Of a stretch of DNA of 64,000 nucleotides, positions 1 to 12,176 are shown piece after piece; the stretch's first letter is position 1, and each line of letters begins with the position of its first letter. The translations under genes were made by a program, and so were the position numbers. The notes beneath the pieces are model-generated. The model was given only the letters and a program-made list of their open reading frames with translations. It ran no database searches and had not been told where the DNA came from. This stretch comes from Polymyxa betae A26-41 (taxonomy: Eukaryota; Protista; Endomyxa: Phytomyxea), in NCBI GenBank assembly GCA_003693705.1, contig RBZT01000855.1, positions 186,001-250,000 on the forward strand, read 5' to 3'.

Positions 1-1174
1 TCGCACGACGAACAGCTGGAGACATATTAAGCTCGCCTGTCTGAGCAATGTAAGAATTTGCAAGACGATAGAGGTATCCTTATTTACTTGAATGTTGATA
101 CAATCCAACTCGGTGTTTTCCGGTCGTTGAGATAAAAATTTATCGACATTGAAAACATAAGAATCGCCTGTACGTTTATATCGCCCTAAAAGGGTTCCAC
201 ACCATTCCACACCAGGTCTCTAAGAAATTAATAAAGACTGCTGAGAAATAAAATCTACGTACTTGTGTATATTGATACACTTGCTCCAAAATGTGTATTG
301 GAATAATAATGACAGGAAGAAAACGTTCAATGTTGATATCGACAAAATCGCCAACTGGCTTTCGATCCCACAGAACACTCCGATACGAAGGAAAACGAAA
401 ATGCGACGAGATACTTCATGGGATCTAAGATAATCGCCCAGACAGACTTATATCAGTACCTATGCGAGTTCATATTGGAGAACAGCGAGTCGGCAGAGTC
501 GCTCCTTGACGGATTGCAAGCCGACGAAAAATAGCGACTTAAATCATTAACCGAGTCCATGGCCAACCCCGGCCAGGGGCGATAATGCGAGGCGGCCTAG
601 CGAGAATGTTAATGCGATCAGGTAGATTCGAATTTGAAACGGAAGCAGGCTGTTGCGACTACAGGCATTCATGTAGAAGGGAGGCCAATATGTGCGGCGG
701 CGGGGCCCACCTACAGTCGCACTCTCAGCGCGGGCTTGAAATTGCTCTTTTTGACCCATTGCAGCTCAAGAGATAGGGTGCATTAGACCGAAAGTGTGTA
801 TACCCGGTCAGTACGTGGCTTCAGTTCATACAGCAGAAACGGTCTACTCAAGGATCGAAGGGACATTTTGAGTTTGTTGCAGCAATTCTTGGACTCAGAG
901 TTCGGCTGGAGTTTATATAAACCCTTCTTGAAGATTTGCTGCCAGAAACTTGTTGTGTGACTGGCTCGCTTACGTTAATAGAGATCGATTTAGAATCGGT
1001 CGCCCACGCTCGCATCTGCGTAACTTCACTACCGTCTACCGGTACCTACATCCGCAGCTCTTCGATCTACGAACTTAAGTTTCCTGCCACAACCAATATT
1101 GTCGGTGTATTCGTTGAGGTCGGGCCTATCAGTTCCATTCAACTTTCGAGCATAAACTCTGAATTTGCATTACG

Positions 1175-2089
1175 ATGGAGAAGATCAATCGTGATCAGCT
1201 ATACACGGATTTGCTTTACCGCTTCCAGTATGTTTCCAAATTCGTTGACTTTGGCGACGAAGACAAAAAAATGATTCATGACGCCGCCACCCATCTGGCT
1301 CCTCTTGTTCCGACCGTTGTGAACGCCGGTATGTCTCATCTTTCAAGTTTCCGAACTTCAATTGATTTGATTTTTCAGTGTACACCAAGCTGTTCTCATT
1401 TGACATCACCAAAAAGCACTTCGCTGCACAAATGGAGCATTTTAAAGGAAACGTTATTAACAATATCGAGGAGTTATCTCAAGATAGGTTAGTCCTGCTG
1501 GTTTACTGCTGTAAATGGCTAATTTTGCTATAGTGAACAAATCAAGTTCAGGAAAGACATGCTTTCGAAATATCTTACAAAGCTTGTCACAGCCGAGTAT
1601 AACGAAGCATTTGTGAAATACCTGGATTGGGTTGCCCTGGTTTGCCCCTTATTTCTGCCTATTATTGTTATCTGATGCAGCTAATAGATTCACACCAAGA
1701 CTGAGATCAAGAAGAGCCCTATCAATGTCGAGTACATTCACATTAATGCACTGCTAGGATACGTCGAAAACATCTTAATCGCTGCCATTTCGGATTTACC
1801 CTTAGAGGCTGCCCTTAAGAAGAAGACATTATTAGCATTCAACAAGCTGCTATGGATCCAGAACGACTTATTCTCCCAATATTACGTGTACGATGGCTGC
1901 GATTTAGTTAATTCGCGAGCGAAAGAAAAGAAAGTGCAACGCCCATCATGCAAACAGGGCATAATGTCACTGTGTTGTCCAGTAAGCAATGGCATTCCTG
2001 CTTATTGTAAGCATTCTGCAATTGCCGGTCTGTCAATCCTTTCGCTCTGCGCTGGGATTGCCGCTGGATACTGGGCAAGAAAGCATTAG
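1175..2089 (+). CDS. Protoglobin/globin-sensor-type single-domain globin with C-terminal membrane anchor (4 exons)
   Basis: Splicing three ~50-nt GT-AG introns (first 1329-1378) gives YRFQYVSKFVDF...VYTKLFSFDITK...QIKFRKDMLSKYLTKL...LIHT...NKLLWIQNDLF, motifs I recognise from fungal-type protoglobin proteins. It ends in AIAGLSILSLCAGIAAGYWARKH. Confidence 0.85.
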
Positions 2090-2200
2090 CATAGCATTGC
2101 TGATCTGATAAACAATTTCGTGTTTAATTACAATGATTATTGCATTGCAATAGATCTCAATTGGATATCTCACAGTGAATGCGATTGTGTACAAAAGAAC

Positions 2201-2869
2201 TCATAAATCTGGAATGTCATCTGACAACGTGCCTGTCATTGGAGTAGCTCCATTCTCCAAATCTTGGTCGTCAACCATGGTCTCGTGACAAACCGCATGG
2301 CCAGCTGCAAGGATGACGCAAAGTCCTAAAACTGGTGTTAACAGCAGCAAGCCGTAAACGAGAATTAATCACCAATTACTAAGAACAAAGATGTTCCAGT
2401 CAAAAACAACACAAAAGCAGCTGTTATCGCCGCCATTATATAGTATTTGTTTCTGCCCTTAATCTGATATGGAGTGTATGGGACAACAATAACTTCGACA
2501 GAGGATACATAAAACCAAGCATATGCATCGATAACGGCGAACACCAACAGCATCGGCGTCATTAACAGAACCAGCCCAACCATTATCAGTGTCAGTAAGG
2601 CGTAATTCGTTGCAAAATATTGCACATTGAGTTCTAGTCGCGTTGTCGCTTCCTGCATTTGAATAAGCTAGGAAAGAAATGCCGGCAGAGCCAGATCTGA
2701 CCTCAAAATTTCGCGGCTTACTGAAGGCCTCTTTGTCAATAAAGACATGAAGAGGACGCAGGCCTTGAAGCCAGTTCTTTGCCCAGACTTTGTTCAGTAA
2801 TACCTGGGCATAGTTGGCCATAGCGTCCTGCCGCTTTGTAAATTGGTCGGGCTGCGCAGTTGACATCAT
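2201..2869 (-). CDS. PRA1: PRA1 family protein (prenylated Rab acceptor 1)
   Basis: LRPLHVF..FSKP, RLELNVQYFATNY, two long hydrophobic hairpins and the C-terminal GHA motif; two short introns; stop TGA at 2201-2203. Confidence 0.85.
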
Positions 2870-3526
2870 TAATGAGAATTGGGATTTAAGGCACTTGATG
2901 CCAGATCACTGATCACTCCGGATAGTGGACAGCTAGACAAAACCACACTTGGTTAGCCTTGCTCAAGCCGTCGAAATCTAGCTAACGGTGTGGAAGATTA
3001 TAAGCCAGCAGGGTTCCTAGTATGTGATGTGCTCTGCTTGCGACACGCAGCAGTCTAACTGGCACTCCACCGACTCCCGGACGAATGCTTTTCTTTATCA
3101 TATGGTTTTTTTGTGGACCAGATTCACTTTTAATGAGCTTTTCCATTTTAAACTCTGGAGATTTCACTATCGTCGCCAGTCAGATCATGGATTGGATTGG
3201 ATTGAATTAGACTACCACCGGTAGTTTGCTGGTGCTTGTCAACAGGTGATGCTGTGTCTCGCAAAGCCTGTAGAACTCAGGCATCATCATAATATCTACC
3301 AGGATGTCACCTATTTATGTAAATCTATGTTCGGTCCTATTGAAAGGACCTAAGAGAGGCTCGACGAGAAAGGGCAGGCACCCGCCCAACCCACAGTCCA
3401 GATCATATACAAAATTTGAAAAATATGGGATAAGTAAAAGTGAAAGCTTCGGGATTGTCTATCGCATTTGCTGCTGTCGAGAGTAATCTCATTTCTCATG
3501 ACTCATGAGTCATCGAATACTTCCGG

Positions 3527-4018
3527 TTGTCCAATGTTGACTTTGATTTCAGTGATTCCATTCGTAAATCTCCCAACAACAAGCCATACATCATGGCAAC
3601 TACTTTCTTCTTTGCAGTTCCTGGCAAAATCGGTGTACTGGTTTTAGCAGTTGTCACCATAATTGCTGCTATTGTCCACGCCATCGTATCAAAGCATTTC
3701 TGGTATCAAATTGCTTATGAAACTAGTGCTGGATCTCCTGTGAAATGTGCTTCCGTTCTAATCATTCTGCAATGCATCGTTCGCATTTCCTTCTCTATCT
3801 CTTCAGCAGCTGGGGCATTGATGGGCAATCCTATGGCGATTCTGGGCGCGTTTGGCCTGACAGTTCTCGGTTTGCTGGTGAATTGCATTGAGATAATCAA
3901 TGCAGCTATCAGTTCCGATAGCGTGGAACTAGCTGTTCTCATAATGATGAGCATGTGCCTTTGGGTTTATTGCAATCTGAAGATCTGGGAATACCACAAA
4001 GACTCGGATTCTAAATAG
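3527..4018 (+). CDS. Multi-pass (about 4 TM) membrane segment; stand-alone small protein or 5' part of the downstream gene
   Basis: Four hydrophobic stretches in a 163-codon frame. True start unresolved: 3564-3617 looks like an in-frame intron containing the first ATG. Same frame as the ORF at 4097. Confidence 0.45.
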   Translation: MSNVDFDFSDSIRKSPNNKPYIMATTFFFAVPGKIGVLVLAVVTIIAAIVHAIVSKHFWYQIAYETSAGSPVKCASVLIILQCIVRISFSISSAAGALMGNPMAILGAFGLTVLGLLVNCIEIINAAISSDSVELAVLIMMSMCLWVYCNLKIWEYHKDSDSK

Positions 4019-4159
4019 TTAACTGATCTGTCAACTCATTGTATAAAAGTTACTTGGTTACTCTTCAATAATGGCCCTGCTGATATCTATAGCTATGTGA
4101 ATGTATACTACCTAGGCAGTGTACACTACAACCGATCGTTTCTCTTTTATCGTGAGGTG

Positions 4160-6949
4160 ATGACGGAACTTCATGTGCTTGAGAAAACTGATTCGTTCGA
4201 AATCGATTTGAACAGGATCCGCCAGGATTTAAGCGCTACGTTATGGCAATCCTACTGGTGTGACACATTGGTGAAAACGCCATTCTGTCATCCTATCAAT
4301 CCACCTAATGATGAAGGGAGTTCTGCCGGTATGTCCATTTCTATTGAAATAGCAATCTCTCATACTTCTTGCAGCTGCAACGCTAACACTAAATCCAACT
4401 CACCTCTATCGATGGGATCTGCATGAATTCCCGCCCCAATTGCCAACACTGTCAATCACCGAACGTCATGAAGAATGCATGGTATTCTGGCGCAGCTTGG
4501 GCCCCGATCTGTACAGCCGAGTCGTTGAGAAGACGTACGACGTCAGCTTTAGCAAGCTTATAGACGAAGTCGCTGACCTCGAAGGTCACAGCAATAGCCT
4601 TGACCACTGAAGCGACCTCCTAAACCCTAATCTTCACATGACAGGTGTTGACGTATACTGGAGCGGCCATGCTACTTCATCTGTATCAAACAATCAAACG
4701 CCAATAGCAATCCCCTCGAAATCTGTAACGCGGTTCGGTTCGCTTCGTGTCTGTCGGTTTCCGTTCACGGCCGAGTTCCACTTTGATGACGTCTTGGAAA
4801 GAACGACGTTCTCTCTGGCATCGAGCATCGCTGATGATGCTTTCGAACTACTCGTCGCCGATCTACAACTCCTTCTTGACGAGAACAGAAGCCAGCAAGT
4901 CTCAAATATTTCATTGCTGGTGTAGAGGTTGTAAATATGATCTGGTTGTTAGGTTGTATTGAAGAGGAATGCAAGAAAATCGTTGCGCTGTCTTTCTGAG
5001 AACGAAGCGCAAGTAGAAATTAGAGTAAACAAGACATTCGGATATGCATATCTATCAGGAAAGATGTCTGTGAAATCAAATGAGAGCAGGAATGCCGGCC
5101 CTCAATGTGGATTCAACGTTCGTCTACTTGACTCGAAAGTCGTGAAAACAAAAGGGTTTGTCTGCGAATGCCTGATCGCAACTGGAGATCTTCCTCTACA
5201 AGAGCTTCTCGGCCAGTCTCCCTGTCTTGATGTACAATCGAAGATTATACTTTCCATTATTGAGGCTATACCAGAAAAGCAACTAAGCCAATTTTTTACG
5301 AAGTACGATGCTTACAAGTCCAAAGAAAAAGCAGAATATGCCAGAAAAGTTGACATTTTGGATTCGTCGTTCTACGTAAGGCATCTATGAAGATGTTGCT
5401 AGCCTAACTTTTTGCCCAGGTTGATGTATTCGCAAATGCTGATGTAGCTTTGGATCGTCTCTTTGAACTAATAAGCGAGAAATACCCGAACCTAGACAAA
5501 ATTTTCTCCAGCCAGCAAATCCAAAATCTTATAGCTTATCGAACGGCGTATGTTGTTTTTCCAGTCTATAGTGTTTTTATTCTAATCTTTTGCCCAGGAT
5601 CAGTTATCTAGACAGATGTTCAAAACCTGAAGTCTATTGGTATAATTTCTGGCTACAACTATCAAAGAACAAATCTGGCTGGATTCCAAATTCCGTATCC
5701 TGTAATCCAGAAGATCTGGACTCCATTCTGTATAAATGTTCGCAAATCAAGGCACTGGATGATCTGGAAGCTCTTGGGTTTCAACGGTCTGACTTGGATG
5801 CGGAACCATTCGTCAGTTTTTGGGCCCGATTAAAACTCATTCAATCGAAGGTGTTTTATAAAAATGTGAACTACCTTAATGAGGCTATCACTTCGGTACG
5901 GCTGGTAAGAGAGTTGCCTGACTTTAACCGGCGCTTTTTAATGGCCATTTCAGGAAGCTTCTCGTTGTGAGTTCATCGATGCAGCTTCAAGGTTAATCCA
6001 TGTGGACAGCCAGTCCAGAAACAGACGAAGTTTAGATTCAACATTTGATCAGCCTCTTGAAGCCGTAGACGTGAAGATCGCCATCAGTTACAGCGATGAA
6101 ATTGACGACACGCTGAACGATATCATTGTCCAAGACCTTTTTAAGCCAGAAGGAACGTCAGATGACGACTTGGAAGATGGCTATGACGAAGTACAAGAAA
6201 TGGATGATCAGCAAAATCCTGGTGAACAAAATTACGGCACCGATTTGCAAGATAACAATACCAAAAGACCTACTATTAGATCGTCTAAAGCTAATAATAT
6301 ACCGAGAAGGAAAACTTTTTGGAAAAGAATAAGTGGGTATGAAAGTGATGCTGATGATATGAAAATGAAGTTCACGTTGAACCGCGTCAAGTCATTGGCA
6401 GCATCATCGACTCGAGCAAATTCGCTTAGAAGCCAATTAGAACTTAAGGATGAAGAGTACAGGCGCTCGTTGAATCTACCCATTGAACTGGATGTTGTTC
6501 TAGAGGAGGATCCAACATCCAATGGAATGAATAACAAAGATGATAAGGGCGGAAAGGTTGGCGAAGATAACCCTGATACAAAGCGATCTAGAGATAGCGA
6601 CGACTGGAAATCTGACGGCTCCTCAAAATCGGAATCATCAAGCGATAGCGAAGAAGAGCCATTCGGAGTTAAAAAGGCAGCATTCAAAGTTCCTCATCTC
6701 AAAATAGATGATGCTGGTATATCTCGTAGAACTTGTCTTCGAAATCATCTCTAAACTTTAGCTGTACTAGGATCTGACGACAATTTTATCCAAACTCTCA
6801 AGCAAAAATCCCCAAGTAACAAATCTATATTGAGCAGCCCAGTTGCACGCGTACATCAGCTTGAAATGCGACGACGAACAAGAAGAAGTACAGTGCTTGA
6901 GACGGTTTTAAATGTGGTTGTGCCTCAATGCGGACCTGGTCGCAGCTAG
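4160..6949 (+). CDS. Large uncharacterised multi-exon protein with acidic/low-complexity C-terminus
   Basis: ORFs 4097, 4638, 4959, 5590 and 6002 join through short GT-AG introns (motifs YRWD, FWRSLGP, CRFPF, YWYNFW); last exon ends TAG 6947-6949; start uncertain. Confidence 0.6.
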
Positions 6950-7063
6950 AAACTGGTTCATAATCAAATCGCATACTGATTTTCCCGATATATAAATTAT
7001 TGTTATGGATTTAGACAAATTTGCCAAACGAACGCTGGATAGATTTCATTGCTTTTCTTGAAA

Positions 7064-8814
7064 TTACGTTCTCTTGGAAAAAGCTTTGTTTTTTCTATCA
7101 TGATTAGCGAAACGACCTTTATGCCGGTCCTTAAACTGACGTGCTCTGGCATTATCTGGAGCAGGGTGAACACTGGACTTATTACCAGATTTGGTGTCCT
7201 TCGGTGGCAATGTTTGTGGCGAAGAGTCTGGTCTCGTTGATATAACCTCATTAGTATCAGACTCGGCATCATCACGAATATCAAACCTGGCGTAGCCATC
7301 AAAAGTGTCATCATCTTCATCCTCATAGACTGCATTCATTGATTGCACAGCACGATCGCGAAGAACACTGGCGGCGGCAGCATCAAGAGCGAACACTTCA
7401 TCTTCTTTCTTGATGCGTTCTTCTTCAAGAACACGAGCCATATTGATAGATATTCGCCCTGTTCGTGACAAGAACTGAAGCATTTCATCGCTGGGCCTAG
7501 TGGAAGCATCAACAGCCTTGTCGCTTGCAATTTCTTGGGTTTGTTTCTTCCATTCAGATGTGTTTTCAACTTGAGCCAGATGCGGCGGCAATCTGCCCTC
7601 CAGTATTGCATTTACAGTCTGATCAACAGAAAACCCAAATTCCGATAAGCACGCTCGAGCAAAATCTTCACTGTAATTAGAAAACAATTCGATTAATTGT
7701 TTAACTTCCTCTGTGTGCTCGGTCTCCAACTTCGAATGTGGCGTAGCTTCAATTTGTGACGACGATTTGCGAATAACAGGAACTTCATTACAAACGGAAG
7801 CCACGATGTCATATAAATAAGACAGTCTATCAGCATCTAATAGGCAAATCAATTCGTTAGGGTTTAAAAGGAATGACATCTCGTGCAATAACTGGAATTT
7901 CAGATTTAACGCTTGAGTCAAATAACCGGTTTTCACTCGATGAAACATGTTGGGTGGTACATCAACAGAATCGGCAGCAGAGACCATTGAACGTAAAGTG
8001 TTTTCAAATCGTTCCCAAGAAGCTTCGCAGTTGTCGTTGCCGGTAGATAAAGATTTCAGAAATCCATCGATTAATATAGTCTTTGAAAGTATCAGTATCT
8101 CTCCCTTCAATAAATACAATTGCTTTTTAGAATCCTCTGGAAATTGAGACTCAGTGATGGGAATTGTCACATCGAAGCATTTCGATAATGATTCTAAAAT
8201 GGAACTGCGCATAAGATAATGTATAAATGAAGAGGAAATTTCAGCCACGCGACGAAGAGATTGAATAACACCAATAAGAATTATAACTGGATTACTAAGC
8301 ATCTTGACGTCTTCAGAAGGAACCGCAGAATCTATTATACTGCAGGCCTCCTTTAATGCTGCTGCAATTTCAGCTTCCCGGCCAGAATGAATCACGTGGG
8401 CGGCGAGTTTAGCCACCTCCTCTTTAGCAGATTCACCATAGATATCACAGATGTCAAGGAATGCAGCGAACGAGGGTAACGAAGAAGCTTGAATAATACT
8501 GAAAGTCAAATGTCCTGGTGCATTGGATTAAACAAGAATTCTTTACATTCTGGATGATTACCAATCTGTTTGAGCAAGTTTAGATTCTCTAATCTTAGCT
8601 GATCATGAGCGCTTTGCTTGGGATCCAGACGCGGAAAAGCGCTCAGAATTTCATCGCACTTGGCAAGAACTGCATCCGATGCAGCCGTGTTTTTAGTCGA
8701 GTTCTGGCTCAAATTATAGCGAAGCTGGGAGAGGTAAGAGAAAGCTTTGATTGCATCGTGATGCTCAGACGACTGGGATTTGACTACGGCTACAGCTTCT
8801 CTAAATGATTTCAT
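7064..8814 (-). CDS. ASCC2: Activating signal cointegrator 1 complex subunit 2 (CUE domain; Cue3-like)
   Basis: CUE domain (QLIELFSNYSEDFARACL..VNAILEGRLPPHL), YEDEDDDTFD motif, C-terminal ANHDRK; one intron near 8515-8561. Confidence 0.85.
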
Positions 8815-8944
8815 TGAAACAAGTACGTGCGCAGCCCCAAAGCTTGAGACAAGATTTCCGGTAAAATGAACGCATCCTGAAATTCAAAATTTATTATCGG
8901 CTACAACAAGCTTCGAATCAGCAATGCAGGTCTTAGTTTACCTC

Positions 8945-9769
8945 CTACTCGACGTTGTCCATATCAGCAGGTAACCCAAACTGTTGCAATAATGTCGCCT
9001 GGTCGATACTGGCGTTCTTAGATGTGATGTAAGAACAGATAGAGAAAATGTTATCTGTTTAAAAGTTTTGATTAAATAGGCTAAATAATTTTTGGCGTTT
9101 GTACCTGTCCATCTATTCACTGAATCGCGAGCTTCCACAACCTTCTTTTCTGGATGGTTACATTAGTTTGTAATCTATCTGGAGAAGTGAAATTATACCG
9201 AGTTCTTGAAGCTTAGCCGGGTTGCGATCGTCGTAGGCCGCTAGTTTGGCGTTCACCTCGTTTAGTTGCATATGCAATGACTCTAATGAAGTTTCCAATT
9301 CTCTCCTTTCGTCCTACCACCACATCATTACAGTGTTGTGTTTTTTACTGCTAAACATTTTCACCGATTCCTGTCGTTCCGATTCCAATTCTTCTGCCTC
9401 AACTGTTATTCTTGAGATGTCATTGGAGAAAAGTTCAGTTTCGTCCGTGAGACTTTTGATTCGATTTTGTTTGAAGCTAAGCGCCTTAGATGGAAGAGCC
9501 CAGAAAAAGTTCCCAGCTCCTATCTTATCTGAATCGACCAAACCGTCGTCAACTAGACTTTGCAGCACATCTTTAACTGTTTGTGCGACTATGCTTAGCA
9601 GTTAACAATACTCTTTTAGTATCAATGCAATTTGCCAACCGATGCCTTTTGCTTTCGGAAGATGTTTTTCCAGTTCTTTCAGGGTCATCACTTCTTTTTT
9701 CTCATAAAAGAAGTCGCACATGCGCTTTCGTTTTTCGTCATGGGAAAGTCCTTTCTTCTTGCCACTCAT
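8945..9769 (-). CDS. MND1: Meiotic nuclear division protein 1
   Basis: [69 protein letters not shown]; 4 short introns. Confidence 0.93.
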
Positions 9770-10569
9770 GATAGAACCGGTGAAAGGTTCAATGAGACGA
9801 GAGATCAGTCAGAGGAGGGAACCCAGATAGGGGCAGCTATCAGTGAGCGGAGCCCATGAGCGCAGCCCCATGATACAATGACCAAATCAAGTTCGTTCGT
9901 CGTGATTCCGAGGAAAGGAAACAATGAATCAAGCGTAATGTCAGTGTTTCTATGCCCAAATTGGTCTTGCTTGAAAGTCCAATTGGTCTTGTTTCAAACT
10001 TGAGCTCTTCAATTACATAATTATTTTTCAGTTTTGCTCTGACTTTGCGACCCTTGGATAACACTAATCTGTTGGCCAATCAGCCGCCCAGAACCGTCTT
10101 CTTTCTCAATGTAAAAGTCCTAATCCTAATACTGTACAAATATTTTTTCTAGCAGTTGTTGATATTGTATGATGTGAATGGGCATTTCGGGCAAATGATG
10201 TTTTATTTTATCGGCACAGAATTTGGTTTAATTTGGCTCTTATCAAATTTAATCAGTTTTATCGCTTACTATCTGTCGCAATTTTCCAGTAATTCTTCGA
10301 TTCCATATCAATAACAAATTGCAATTTCTCTGCCGCTTTGATTTGAGAGTATCCAGTACAACAAAATTATAAAGTATCTGTATCGAAATGGCCTATAGTG
10401 TCATACCTGAGTATGCAAAGCAAGCAAAAGAACGAGAAACTCGTTTCATGCCGCCAATACTGGAGCTGAATCCAAACTTCTAAAGACTCAAATCTTTGTA
10501 AAGAGTGACCATACTCAATTTGTTTAATAAGTACGCCTGTTGATCTGAAACAACTTCTCCAATCTTGTC

Positions 10570-11829
10570 ATGTCTATTCGCCTGAATCCTCTTAGTGCTG
10601 CTCGCGGTGCCAAATTCCCATGCGAGCTTTGTGGCCAACCTTCAACCCTAGCTTGTGCTCATTGTCGAGTTACTTATTACTGTTCGAAACAACACCAATC
10701 CATTGACTGGGCTGGTATTCACGAACGAATATGTATGACTTTGGCGTCTCTGAGGAATCCGCCCGAATCATTCAATAGCGAGGAAGAACGTCAGCGCCGC
10801 CAGCTAGCGGTGACTACGAACCAACAGGCGCTAATCGAACTTTCCAAGAACGAAGCTTCGAAGTTATTGGTCCAGGGACAGTTTGAGCTCTCAATCCCAC
10901 CTGCATTGCAATGTTTGAAACTCTCCAACGCTGTCTATGGCAAGGGTCATGTTGAGCTGGTTCCTTCCTATCTGTTGCTGGCAGAAGCGAACATGGGTTT
11001 AAGACGATTTGCTCAGGCTGAGAAATTCCTTCTGCTCGCACAGTGGGGAATCTTTAAGAACCCTAACGAAGGCCAGGCTTTAAAGTCAGTCGTTACACAT
11101 AGTTCTATCTAGTAGCTTTACTCTCTTGTCTAGATCGCCACTATTTCGACTATTCGGGAAGATTTATCTCGCTCAAGGACTACTTGGGCAGGCAGCCGAG
11201 CATCTCGTCCAAGATATATACTATTCTTCTTTGCATTATGGATCAGAACATTATTGTACAGCAGCTGGATACTATCAAATGGGGGTATGACGTTGGTTTT
11301 ACTGATCGCAACTTCAATCAATTCTGATCTGGGGTTTCAGCTTATTTTCTTGAAACAAGATCAAATTGATAACTGCCTAGCTTTTTTGGATAAAGTAGTG
11401 GATATATGGTTCAAGTTTTTAACAAATTTTAAGCAACAGGTGATAAGCAATACGTACCACGTTTGAGTTTGCTAATTTTCTGTAAAGCGAGGGAATACAC
11501 CAATAAGCAGCGTTCTTAGCGATACCATTATAGGAGAGGCAGCTGATATATTACGTTCAGTTATTGAAACCCGTGTCGAATTTCTTGGAAATGGACATAT
11601 TGCAACTGCAGAGGCATCGTATGTCCTCGGAATGCTTTGCCAGCTTATGGGACATCAAGAAAAAGCTTTAGAGCTTCTATTCTCTGCTCTCAATATCTAC
11701 GAAGTTCATGTCGGTGCTGACCATGATCTGACCAAAGAGATTCGAATCGCTCTAGCTGATGTCGAAGGCAAAGAATTTATCAAGAAAGAGGGTATATCTG
11801 TTGATTCTCCTATATCTGTGCCGTCTTGA
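10570..11829 (+). CDS. ZMYND12: Zinc finger MYND domain protein 12 (flagellar, MYND + TPR-like)
   Basis: NPL..GAKFPCELCGQP..CAHCRVTYYC..HQSIDWAGIHERIC and LVPSYLLLAEANMGL; 3 short introns. Confidence 0.88.
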
Positions 11830-12176
11830 CTGGGCTGCTTGGAACCCTTTCAAGAAGCTATATAAACATATATTCCTGCAAATATTTATATTTTTTCTGA
11901 TTATCAAAAACACTTTGAGAAACTTTGTTATAGCTCGTTCTAGGATTTAAACATGGTGCTAACTGCTAAGCCTAAAGGTTTGAAGAAATCCAACAATTTT
12001 TTATAAGGAATCTTGGTTGAAGAATGTGAGACATATAATCGGCGGACTGCGTCTCTATCAGTATCACCGAGTATTATTACATTCTTTCACAGAGCGTCTC
12101 TCTCTTGAATCTGGCAGCGTATTCGAGGCAGCCTTACTGTTGTCGAGCTAGAAGTACACTCCAAGCCTAACTTATC

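Noticed and set aside
654-721. Short inverted repeat TGCGACT/AGTCGCA
   Set aside because: A 7-bp stem is within chance expectation, with no other RNA-gene hallmarks.
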